Origin: a virus
Taxonomy: Duplodnaviria; Caudoviricetes
Virus record (IMG/VR): IMGVR_UViG_3300049455_000014
Location: 1 to 33,031 of that record
DNA length: 33,031 nt
Strand: one strand, 5' to 3'
Shown: positions 1 through 7,629 of the stretch, piece after piece
Position numbering within the stretch: the stretch's first letter is position 1
Layout: the number at the start of each line of letters is the position of its first letter
The notes under the pieces: generated by a model
What the model saw: the letters and a program-made list of their open reading frames with translations, nothing else
Told to the model about the DNA's origin: nothing
Database searches by the model: none
Translations under genes and position numbers: made by a program

Positions 1-183
1 GAAACCACTAATAAAATAAGCATAAAAAGAAAACTTGATCCCTGGATAAAAACAAATGAAAAAGGACTTCCTGAGTTTTGTTCTACTGCCAGATGTCGCA
101 ATAGAGCGATAGCATGGAAGTCTAATACTGTTATAATGGAAGCTTATTGTGAGAAACATAAACCAGAAAAGTTTGGATGGTGA
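1..183 (+). CDS. Partial hypothetical protein with C-terminal Cys/His (Zn-finger-like) motif
   Basis: Frame 1 is open from the window edge to TGA 181-183: ...EFCSTARCRNRA...AYCEKHKPEKFGW. Not in the ORF track. Confidence 0.55.
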   Translation, partial: ETTNKISIKRKLDPWIKTNEKGLPEFCSTARCRNRAIAWKSNTVIMEAYCEKHKPEKFGW

Positions 184-187
184 CAAA

Positions 188-400
188 ATGAAAGTGCAAA
201 AAGAAATCTTCATCCTGAACGCAACAAGAGAAAAGCCAGATGGAACTGTAGAACAGTTGAGCAATGAAGAGGCTCAAGTGTTGTTTTCTCCAGATGGGTA
301 CAAGAATCAAATGCCAGATGGAACCGTAACAATCACCTGGATTGAGGGACAACCTGAAGACATTTTGAACATTTTGTTAGGATACCCCTGCTTTGAATAG
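188..400 (+). CDS. Hypothetical protein
   Basis: ORF 149..400; ATG 188 lies 4 nt after the previous stop and is the likelier start. Confidence 0.6.
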   Translation: MKVQKEIFILNATREKPDGTVEQLSNEEAQVLFSPDGYKNQMPDGTVTITWIEGQPEDILNILLGYPCFE

Positions 401-541
401 GTAGTAATACCCTGTTACTTTCTTTCCTTCCCATTGGTTATATGTGTATGAAACTAGTTGAAACTGTGTCATAATGCTTAACAATGTGTTATACTTATGA
501 CAAGTAGAACCAACAAGGACAAACGAGAAAGGAATTTTTAT

Positions 542-754
542 ATGGAAATCAATGGAGAGGAGTATTTGAGTGCTGGGGAGAGTGCTCAGTATTTGGGTGT
601 CAGTTCACAAACATTCACCAAATTCCAGAAAGATTTCAAGCTCCAATCAATAAGCAGACCTGGCATGGGACGAACCAAGTTTTTTAAGAAGAAAGACTTG
701 GAACCGTTAAAAGAATTCCGACCAACGACGAATTCAGAAGCTAACACCAATTAA
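542..754 (+). CDS. Excisionase-like (HTH_17/MerR-type) DNA-binding protein
   Basis: YLSAGESAQYLGVSSQTF...GRTKFFKKKDLE pattern. ATG 542 has a GAAAGGAA SD; an extended -10 TGTTATACT lies near 487-495. Confidence 0.8.
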   Translation: MEINGEEYLSAGESAQYLGVSSQTFTKFQKDFKLQSISRPGMGRTKFFKKKDLEPLKEFRPTTNSEANTN

Positions 755-787
755 TTATTAATAGTTTCTATCTCTGTTTTCCCCAAT

Positions 788-821
788 AAAATACCACCTG
801 TTAACAGCCAGGTGGTATTTT
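788..821. terminator. Bidirectional intrinsic terminator
   Basis: AAAATACCACCTG / CAGGTGGTATTTT 13-bp inverted repeat between convergent genes. Confidence 0.8.
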
Positions 822-836
822 CGTATTGTGTTGATG

Positions 837-1157
837 CTAGTGGTAGTCCTGCTCCAAATAGAGCGCCAATTCCGGCCTATTCAACAATGCTCGCAGCATA
901 CGCGCTTCCTGATACGAAATCGTCACTTCTTCATGTATCGTTGTCGGCTCCCCATGCTCCATGTTGAAAACTGTAATCGTTACTTCATGGTGATTGTTAA
1001 AGTGGGATACGCCCATATTCAACTCATCGCCATTGCGACGAGTAGAGACGAGCGTATGCTCAATTGGCGTGTTGTGATATCGAATGGCACTCACGGAATG
1101 TTCCGTGTGCTGTTTGTGCAAATCTCCTGTTATCGGATCTAGTCTAAATTGTCTCAT
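837..1157 (-). CDS. Hypothetical protein
   Basis: 106-aa ORF with AGGGGG SD, last gene of the leftward run. Confidence 0.7.
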   Translation of the reverse strand: MRQFRLDPITGDLHKQHTEHSVSAIRYHNTPIEHTLVSTRRNGDELNMGVSHFNNHHEVTITVFNMEHGEPTTIHEEVTISYQEARMLRALLNRPELALYLEQDYH

Positions 1158-1285
1158 ATCCCCCTATCCCTTTCCTTATATATTACTTTGCACCATTACA
1201 ACGTACAACTTTATAGTACAATAACACACTTTAGATGCTATCAGAAGATTGTCATTTTCAAGGTACCTTGATGACTGTTTAGTCA

Positions 1286-1543
1286 TCAAATCGTGGCACC
1301 TTGCATCACCTGACTAGCCTCTTCTGTAGTGAGAAGTCCCATTTTGATAAGATTAACCAGGAGACTGAGATTGTCAACATCTTCACGGCAGGAGCATGTG
1401 GGATCTGAGCAAAAGGGATGTCCCTCCGTATGGATAATTTCATCGCACTCAATAACGATAGGTTCTTGCGTTGCTTTCTCCGCTTCATGCTTCATAATAA
1501 ATTCCATGACCTCTGGATGCTGTACGAACCAATTGTTGCTCAT
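1286..1543 (-). CDS. Hypothetical protein with His/Cys cluster
   Basis: HTEGHPFCSDPTCSC motif; AAAGGAA SD. Confidence 0.75.
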   Translation of the reverse strand: MSNNWFVQHPEVMEFIMKHEAEKATQEPIVIECDEIIHTEGHPFCSDPTCSCREDVDNLSLLVNLIKMGLLTTEEASQVMQGATI

Positions 1544-1557
1544 TTCAAAATTCCTTT

Positions 1558-1782
1558 CTAACCTGCTGGAGAGGGCGGCAACAATTCCAATTGCTCAACT
1601 TTGTACCAGTGGCTTTCTTGTGCATCGAGCTTCACACGAACGTAGAGGACTAATTTTCCAAAACTGTCTTTGTTCCCGTACTCTTCGCGTATCTTGACAA
1701 TCGTTCCAAACCCTTTGCCATCTACGTGGCATCGCTGTCCCAGTCGTGGCTGTTGTTCGTTGGATTGCTGTTTTTCGTTCAT
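1558..1782 (-). CDS. Small SH3-like beta protein
   Basis: LGQRCHV..GFGTIVKI...VRVKLD...WYKVEQLELL pattern; AAAGGAA SD. Confidence 0.7.
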   Translation of the reverse strand: MNEKQQSNEQQPRLGQRCHVDGKGFGTIVKIREEYGNKDSFGKLVLYVRVKLDAQESHWYKVEQLELLPPSPAG

Positions 1783-1865
1783 TGAAAATTCCTTTCTCTA
1801 AACTATTCCCCTGTTAAGTAAGGGGCATCAATTCCACCGTTGCCAATGGAACTGAAGTCCATCAC

Positions 1866-2330
1866 CTATGCCACTGCCTGAGCAATTTCAGCCTTGCGTT
1901 CTGCAAGCCAGGCTTTACGAGATGCAATAAGAGCTTGTCCCTCTTGCTCTTCTTGGATGTACGCTTCTACAGCCAAACCATGCTTGCACTTTTTGATAGA
2001 CCACTTGCCATACTTGAACCACTTGCACGAGCAATAGTTTGCCTGTCCCTGCTCGTCAACGGTGACGATATGGCTCTGCTCTTCCGTTTCTGACGGAGCA
2101 GTAAAAACGCTATCGCCAAGTTGCTTGACACCCATTTGTACCAACTGAACTTTTGCCAGGTCATTGGCAGCTTTCTCAGCTTCTTTTGCCTGTTTGTCTG
2201 CACATACTGGGCAAAGAACTTGACTCATCCAACGTTTTGTTTGAGCGGCCTCTCTTGGCCTTGCTTCAAGTGTCCTGGAACAACCACAACTGTGGGTAAC
2301 TGTGAACTGACTGGCTAGTGCTTGTGTCAT
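1866..2330 (-). CDS. SWIM zinc-finger protein
   Basis: CSC-x12-CKH SWIM signature preceded by 'PSETEEQSHIVTV'; extra N-terminal HSCGC...CPVC. Confidence 0.8.
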   Translation of the reverse strand: MTQALASQFTVTHSCGCSRTLEARPREAAQTKRWMSQVLCPVCADKQAKEAEKAANDLAKVQLVQMGVKQLGDSVFTAPSETEEQSHIVTVDEQGQANYCSCKWFKYGKWSIKKCKHGLAVEAYIQEEQEGQALIASRKAWLAERKAEIAQAVA

Positions 2331-2370
2331 CTATTTGGTACTCACTTTCTTGTTTTTATTTGATAGAGTA

Positions 2371-2399
2371 AGTATACATTCATCTTCATTGGTTGTCAA
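2371..2399 (-). promoter_or_regulatory. Sigma70-type leftward promoter
   Basis: TTGACA-17 nt-TATACT on the minus strand. Confidence 0.8.
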
Positions 2400-2429
2400 T
2401 AGTTTTCAGTACCAATAATACGTATTTTG

Positions 2430-2458
2430 TTGCTATTGATAAAATTCGATGATATACT
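2430..2458 (+). promoter_or_regulatory. Sigma70-type rightward promoter (divergent pair)
   Basis: TTGCTA-17 nt-TATACT with an extended TG. Confidence 0.65.
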
Positions 2459-2498
2459 ATGAACAGGATTTCTAATACAAACAAAGGAGGTCAAAACA

Positions 2499-2705
2499 GT
2501 GCCTGAAAAGCTGCTTAATATCAAGGAAGTTCAGGAAGCACTAGGTATCAGTGAGAGCACTATATTCCGACTCATGAAAAGTCGAAAGCTCCAAGGGTTT
2601 AAGGTTGGAAGAGAATGGCGATTTCAAGAAAAGGATATAGATGCATTCATTGCACGTCAACGCCAACAAGCAGAGAGGGAAGCACCGGAAGAGGCGATAG
2701 CATAG
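2499..2705 (+). CDS. Excisionase-family HTH_17 DNA-binding protein
   Basis: LLNIKEVQEALGISESTIFRLMKSRKLQGFKVGREWRF is a classic match; AAGGAGG SD. Confidence 0.9.
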   Translation: MPEKLLNIKEVQEALGISESTIFRLMKSRKLQGFKVGREWRFQEKDIDAFIARQRQQAEREAPEEAIA

Positions 2706-2863
2706 CACCTGGCTGTAGCTAACATTCCGCAAAGACTGACAGCTACAGCCACGTATAGCCTGTTGTAATTATATAAGATGTCATAGCCAAAAGCTATATA
2801 GGCAAGATGTAAAGAGGAAAGGAGGGAAGTTTAAGCACACAAAAATATGATTGAACGCAAAAA

Positions 2864-2887
2864 GAAAACGCTCAATTGAGCGTTTTC
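2864..2887. repeat. Perfect 24-bp palindrome
   Basis: GAAAACGCTCAATTGAGCGTTTTC. Confidence 0.85.
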
Positions 2888-2900
2888 AGTCTACCTAAGA

Positions 2901-2947
2901 AAGTGCCGAAAACTTGTTATCACTGACATTTCGACACATCGACACAT
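2901..2947. repeat. Cluster A of the GTGYCR motif family
   Basis: AAGTGCCGAAAAC (identical to 12975-12987) and TGACATTTCGACAC (identical to 12874-12887), directly upstream of the Rha gene. Confidence 0.8.
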
Positions 2948-2973
2948 ATCACAAAGAAAGAGTACAACATTTT

Positions 2974-3660
2974 ATGGAAAACAACAAACTCGTAACAGTG
3001 TACGAAAACAACGAACCTCTTGCGGATAGCCGTGAAATAGCGGATAAGCTCGGAATTGAACATCAAAATTTCTTTGAGATGATAAAAGACTATCAAGAGG
3101 AAGTGTCAAGAGACTTTGGATTAATCCGTTTTCAAACCGATAAAACAACGAAAGATCAACAGGGCAGGGGTAGACCGCAAAGTTACGCATTGCTTACTGA
3201 AGATCAATCATATGTCTATCTGGCATACAGCAAGAACACTGAACAAGCCAGAACGTGTAAACGTCTTCTCGTCAAGGCTTTTGCGGAGGCACGCGCTAGA
3301 CTTGTAAAACCAATCTATGCCTTGCCACTGGATTCGTTTATTGATCAACTGCGTATGGAAATCTATCAAAAGCAAGAAGCTGTTAGTCATCTTGAACAAG
3401 CTTCACTGTTACTTACTGGCGAAGTGCCGAAACGACTTGTTGGCGTCAACAAGCCACTAAAAACCCCTCAATCAGAGATTATCAGGCTTATCAACAAATT
3501 TGAAGAGCAGGGAAAACCAGCCCCAACTATCAGAGAACTTATGAGATACCTCAAGAAATATAACCCTAACACCATAAAATCTACTGTTGCCAGTATGATG
3601 GAAGATAGCGTATTGAAAAAAGAGAAGATAGGCAAAGCAGTACGCTACAGCCTGGCATAA
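2974..3660 (+). CDS. rha: Rha-family phage regulatory protein with C-terminal winged-HTH-like domain
   Basis: DSREIADKLGIEH...GRP..YALLTEDQ...KRLLVKAF; C-terminal PTIRELMRY...GKAVRYSL. ATG 2974 is preferred to TTG 2914. Confidence 0.85.
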   Translation: MENNKLVTVYENNEPLADSREIADKLGIEHQNFFEMIKDYQEEVSRDFGLIRFQTDKTTKDQQGRGRPQSYALLTEDQSYVYLAYSKNTEQARTCKRLLVKAFAEARARLVKPIYALPLDSFIDQLRMEIYQKQEAVSHLEQASLLLTGEVPKRLVGVNKPLKTPQSEIIRLINKFEEQGKPAPTIRELMRYLKKYNPNTIKSTVASMMEDSVLKKEKIGKAVRYSLA

Positions 3661-3666
3661 GCTAAT

Positions 3667-3717
3667 AAAGAAAAAGAACCTGATACAAGTATTGTTTGTA
3701 TCAGGTTCTTTTTCTTT
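3667..3717. terminator. Bidirectional terminator
   Basis: Perfect 22-bp arms (3667-3688 / 3696-3717) between convergent genes. Confidence 0.85.
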
Positions 3718-4313
3718 TACTTCAATTCCTGGACTTGGATAGTCCAACTTCCCTCACTATTGACATCGAGATAGATTTGACCTCCCTGGTGCTCGTCGGT
3801 GAAGTCACCAGTATTGCCAGTTTTGCAGATGGTATTAACCGCCGCTGGGTCAATAGGAGTACCATCGGAGCCAGTAACGCCAATAATCACATTGTATGAA
3901 CCAAAGTAATCAGAACTAGGATTACATTTCCATACCAATTTCCAGTCATTTGGTACGGTGAAGAATCCTGTTTTCTTTGTGCCATTGCCACTAAACGTAT
4001 GGGTTATTGTCCACTTTGGTGCGAGTGTTGGCTTTGGAGTTGGCGGAATAGCTGTAGGGGTAGACTGTGCTTGCGTTGGTTGCTGTGCTGCCTGTGTCAC
4101 TGAAGACTGTTGAGAAGCTTTCTGACCAGCCTGAGATGCTAATACTGAAGCTCCAATGCAGCCAACGAAAACGAATGCTGCAATCAAACCAATCACGATA
4201 AAAAGTGTCTTACGTGATTTCTTCTTAGGTAGCATTGGCGGCGGTGGGTACTGTGGTGGTTGCTGATAGGGATAATAGGGCTGTTGCCCTGGTTCCGTTG
4301 GATATTGAGACAT
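3717..4313 (-). CDS. Membrane-anchored surface protein (moron-like)
   Basis: Pro/Gln/Tyr-rich N-terminus, KKK plus one TM helix, P/T/Q linker, C-terminal beta domain; AAGGAG SD. Confidence 0.85.
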   Translation of the reverse strand: MSQYPTEPGQQPYYPYQQPPQYPPPPMLPKKKSRKTLFIVIGLIAAFVFVGCIGASVLASQAGQKASQQSSVTQAAQQPTQAQSTPTAIPPTPKPTLAPKWTITHTFSGNGTKKTGFFTVPNDWKLVWKCNPSSDYFGSYNVIIGVTGSDGTPIDPAAVNTICKTGNTGDFTDEHQGGQIYLDVNSEGSWTIQVQELK

Positions 4314-4375
4314 AAAAATATTCTCCTTTCACTCTTACACAACGAACCACCTATGACATCTTAACTACAAGGAAA

Positions 4376-4418
4376 GAAAAACCCTGGCCAGTTTGGGGGA
4401 GAGGAGGAACCGACCAGG
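4376..4418 (-). terminator. Intrinsic terminator with C/U-rich loop
   Basis: Minus strand CCCTGGTCGGTT-loop-AACTGGCCAGGG (12 bp with G.U pairs) followed by a T-tract. Confidence 0.7.
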
Positions 4419-4440
4419 GCACAAAAAGAGGGATAAGTCC

Positions 4441-4510
4441 TGCAACAGGTACTTTCTGAAAACTCCAATTCAACCTCATATTAAACAAGAAACAGAAAGT
4501 ACCTGTTGCA
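4441..4510. repeat. Perfect 18-bp inverted repeat with 34-nt loop
   Basis: TGCAACAGGTACTTTCTG / CAGAAAGTACCTGTTGCA. Confidence 0.85.
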
Positions 4511-4563
4511 CATTCATTATCTCACACTAATCGTAGTGTGACATGAGAGGCTCCTTTCTCGGC

Positions 4564-4656
4564 CTAATGGCGGTTAATAACATCAACCGCCATGAGAAAC
4601 GCGCCTACAAATGATGCTACATACAAGACGATGGTACGCAAACGATAGAGTTTCAT
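4564..4656 (-). CDS. 30-aa hydrophobic single-TM peptide
   Basis: MKLYRLRTIVLYVASFVGAFLMAVDVINRH with a GAAAGGAA SD; below the ORF-track cutoff. Confidence 0.6.
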   Translation of the reverse strand: MKLYRLRTIVLYVASFVGAFLMAVDVINRH

Positions 4657-4761
4657 GAGAGTTTCCTTTCTTTGTATCCAACAACAAAAATCGGCTAATT
4701 ACCAGTATGTAATATCAAACGCGCTCAGAGAACGGCAAACATACCTCAGTTCTAGGATGTA

Positions 4762-4831
4762 TGCACCCTCGGAGAATCGAACTCCTCCATCATCGGCATA
4801 GGATGATATGCAACCGTACACCAGAGGGTAC
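4762..4831 (-). tRNA. Atypical tRNA-like cloverleaf, anticodon ATG (His), 8/4 fold; possibly a pseudo-tRNA
   Basis: GTACCCTC TG GTGT-ACGGTT-GCAT A TCATC-CTATGCC-GATGA TGGA GGAG-TTCGATT-CTCC GAGGGTGC A; no encoded CCA. Confidence 0.65.
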
Positions 4832-4840
4832 AAGATAGTT

Positions 4841-5158
4841 CTACTGAGAGCTTTCGTATTGCTCGTTCCACTTTGCCATAAGATACTTGGCATGATGGAG
4901 AGTATACTCACCACCGTGTTTAGCACCTGTTTGCAAATCAAGCACATACCAGCCTGAAACACCAATCTGCCTGCGGTATCTGCGTAACCGTCTACGCTCT
5001 ATCCCCTGCTTGCTATACATATGCTGTATGGTGTTACGTACTGTGTAGATGCTGATACCTAACAGAGACGCTATGAATGCGGGCCGTTTGCCTTGTTCAA
5101 GCAAGTGCTTAATCTGTGCCTCACGTGGTGTCAGTCCATCAATCCGTGTTCGTGGCAT
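4841..5158 (-). CDS. LuxR/GerE-type HTH transcriptional regulator
   Basis: LTPREAQIKHLLEQGK...IASLLGISIYTVRNTIQHMYSK. Confidence 0.85.
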   Translation of the reverse strand: MPRTRIDGLTPREAQIKHLLEQGKRPAFIASLLGISIYTVRNTIQHMYSKQGIERRRLRRYRRQIGVSGWYVLDLQTGAKHGGEYTLHHAKYLMAKWNEQYESSQ

Positions 5159-5446
5159 ACAACAACTCTTTCTCCCGAGTGAGAAAGTGCCTGGATTGCC
5201 GGTAAAGAGAAGTGGTCATAGAAACGCTTCTAGCACAATCAATCAGGCACTTTTCCCAATCAGATTAACCTTACAGTCCAAAATTCGTCAAAAAACGCTG
5301 TAATATTCTTTTTTGTGCTTCTCATGTAGTGGCTTTTACTAGCTCATAAGAAGCTATGTAGTTGTCCCTCCTTTCTTTCCGATGGAGAACGCAATTGTTC
5401 CCACTGCTAACCAGCACAAACAACAAAAGCAAGAAGTTTTTTTTAA

Positions 5447-5659
5447 TTATGTTCGACGAGAAAGGTCTTGTTCATACCACAAAAACCCCCATTCGACACG
5501 GTTGTAAATAGGAACCTCACGGCCGTCTACCAGAGCAACGCCGCGTCGATTACCCTCCTCACCTACAAGCTGGATATCCTTCACTGGTACAATGCGCTCC
5601 GAGCCATCGATAAAATGCACTCGCACAGTATATTTTTCTTTCATCAGACTTCCTTTCAT
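5447..5659 (-). CDS. Hypothetical protein
   Basis: ORF coupled to the upstream gene by an ATGA overlap; start may be the second Met. Confidence 0.7.
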   Translation of the reverse strand: MKGSLMKEKYTVRVHFIDGSERIVPVKDIQLVGEEGNRRGVALVDGREVPIYNRVEWGFLWYEQDLSRRT

Positions 5660-5904
5660 TGACTCTCTAAGACGCTCAGAGCCTCATAGGACTGTGTTGA
5701 GCGATTATAGCGCACACGATACCCCAGGCTGTAGAGTTCGCTGTAGAGCGCAATGTAGCGGTCACCTATGGCATTGTGTTCATTTCTGAGATCCCACCAT
5801 GCCAGTCCTGTTGTTATTCGCATTTTTGATTCCAATTCATCCATCGCGCTACTAAAACGTTTCATACGTTCCAGTTTTTCTTTCAAGTCTTCTTCTGTCA
5901 ACAT
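5656..5904 (-). CDS. Hypothetical protein
   Basis: ORF 5656..5937; likelier start MLTEEDL. Confidence 0.7.
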   Translation of the reverse strand: MLTEEDLKEKLERMKRFSSAMDELESKMRITTGLAWWDLRNEHNAIGDRYIALYSELYSLGYRVRYNRSTQSYEALSVLESQ

Positions 5905-5966
5905 TGTTACTTTTCTTCTTCTTCCCACACACCCCAAACTATTTCAATACCCCACATTTTCAACAT

Positions 5967-6359
5967 TCAAAGTATTTGCATTGGTGGCAGATCTCCAGTA
6001 TGAAATGTAGGTAACACATCCGTTGGAGTTGAATCTGTTTTCTCTGCTTCCTGCTTTTTGCGATAGCTTTTATTAAGACTACCAGTTGGCATACGTTTCA
6101 TAGGAATTGCCATCATAGATTCGAGTTGCCTGATACGCACATTGGCTTTCGCTAAATCAGATTGCAGCCATCCTAATTCTTGTTCCAATCCATCAGCGCG
6201 TGCGATAGATGCTCCATGTTCAACGCCCATCTGATTGTATTCCTCCTGGACTTCAGTACGAGCTTGCAGCAGATCATTTTTGTGTTGGAACATCATGCCA
6301 GTGTAAAAACCTGCAGCTATTCCAAGAACAGTCAATGCAATTATCAAAAAAGCTATCAT
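5967..6359 (-). CDS. N-terminal TM plus coiled-coil protein
   Basis: MIAFLIIALTVLGIAAGFYTG followed by a heptad-rich segment; starts directly after the previous stop. Confidence 0.8.
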   Translation of the reverse strand: MIAFLIIALTVLGIAAGFYTGMMFQHKNDLLQARTEVQEEYNQMGVEHGASIARADGLEQELGWLQSDLAKANVRIRQLESMMAIPMKRMPTGSLNKSYRKKQEAEKTDSTPTDVLPTFHTGDLPPMQIL

Positions 6360-6563
6360 TTACATGGGCTCCTTGATGCTAATACCCTCTTCACGCGCAC
6401 GATCTCGGAGCATTTTCGGCTTCTTAAAAGATCTGTATGCATTCGGATTCATCTCATTCAGGTATGCATCATAGTCCTGGACAAGTTTCTTCAAAGCTTT
6501 AATTTGCTCTCGCTGGTCTGCAAGCACTAGAGAAGACTCGACTAATTCATGTTCTAAACTCAT
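6360..6563 (-). CDS. Hypothetical protein
   Basis: 67-aa ORF with GAGG SD, tightly packed in the operon. Confidence 0.75.
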   Translation of the reverse strand: MSLEHELVESSLVLADQREQIKALKKLVQDYDAYLNEMNPNAYRSFKKPKMLRDRAREEGISIKEPM

Positions 6564-6731
6564 TCAATTCCTCTTTCTTCTTTTATGTGACAACAGTGGG
6601 AAGATTGATTTACCTGGAACAGGATAGTGAATCACTATCCTCCCGCACTTTTCAGCACGCGCTTTGCACATCGTTTGATGGCAACACTGACAGATAGTAC
6701 AGACTGAAATTCCGCAAGCTAGACAGCGCAT
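6564..6731 (-). CDS. 55-aa Cys-rich protein
   Basis: MRCLACGISVCTICQCCHQTMCKARAEKCGR...; fills the gap between its neighbours with no spacer on either side. Confidence 0.6.
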   Translation of the reverse strand: MRCLACGISVCTICQCCHQTMCKARAEKCGRIVIHYPVPGKSIFPLLSHKRRKRN

Positions 6732-7457
6732 CTAAGCTTCCTTTGCTAAACTACTTTTATAGTTCTGTGCTGTACTAGGTGATACCCCTGCTTGCTGTGC
6801 AAGTTTACGTACTGATATCGTTGGATCTGTGTTGAGAATGGTACGCATTTTGCGGATCTGCGCAGGGGGTAGCGTACGCTTATTTTGTGCGCTTTGCTGT
6901 GCATGTACAATGTGCAATTGCTGTTCAACTTCTTGTTCGATCTGTACATCTTCCGGCAAAGCAGGGGCATCGAACTGTACCAGGCATGCGTACATTGGTT
7001 GTGTGTCCTGATGCACTGCTGATGCAAGCTTAGACCCCTCACGAGCTAACAAGAGGACTACCACAAATACACGTAGCATGACTACAATTCCAACTGTCCA
7101 CTGTACATATATATTGTTCCAATCAAAGCCAATTGATTGCTGCAAACCTTCGATTAACAGAGCTGCACCGGCTACAATAGCAAGTACAATTCCAAGTACA
7201 AACGCGCCTTTGTCGTTATCTAATTTCGCTTCAAAAAACAGGCGTACAATGTTCACCTCGATGGCCGCTGCGAATACAATTGCCCACACAAATTCAAGCC
7301 ATGACCACGTTGCTAATTGCCCTCGAACAAATACATTAGAGATTGAGATGATGGTTACGATAGTCAATACGGGTATGCTGTACAATCCCAACCATTTATA
7401 CAGTTTAGCAATCCCTCGTGCCTGTTTGGTAATACCTGGAAAATCTACAGATGACAT
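6732..7457 (-). CDS. Four-TM membrane protein with C-terminal HTH (Spd-like architecture)
   Basis: Four hydrophobic helices, then ISVRKLAQQAGVSPSTAQNY HTH; start MSSVDF after an AAAGG SD. Confidence 0.8.
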   Translation of the reverse strand: MSSVDFPGITKQARGIAKLYKWLGLYSIPVLTIVTIISISNVFVRGQLATWSWLEFVWAIVFAAAIEVNIVRLFFEAKLDNDKGAFVLGIVLAIVAGAALLIEGLQQSIGFDWNNIYVQWTVGIVVMLRVFVVVLLLAREGSKLASAVHQDTQPMYACLVQFDAPALPEDVQIEQEVEQQLHIVHAQQSAQNKRTLPPAQIRKMRTILNTDPTISVRKLAQQAGVSPSTAQNYKSSLAKEA

Positions 7458-7461
7458 ACTA

Positions 7462-7629
7462 CTAGCCTTTCTTGTTGATATACTTATCTTTGCGTTTCTG
7501 ATAGTTCGCATGTGCGCTCTCTACATCATCGTGATGCATCCGGTAGAGGACGATTCGACCGCCAATCCAGGAACCAATCAGAAAGCCTATGAGCACGCCA
7601 AAGATGAACACAAATTCAATGCCTGTCAT
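7462..7629 (-). CDS. 55-aa single-TM protein
   Basis: MTGIEFVFIFGVLIGFLIGSWIGGRIVLYR...; ATGA overlap with the ATPase stop. Confidence 0.7.
   Translation of the reverse strand: MTGIEFVFIFGVLIGFLIGSWIGGRIVLYRMHHDDVESAHANYQKRKDKYINKKG

Noticed and set aside
4699-4965. 88-aa minus-strand ORF
   Set aside because: It overlaps the LuxR-like gene and the tRNA-like cloverleaf and has no SD.
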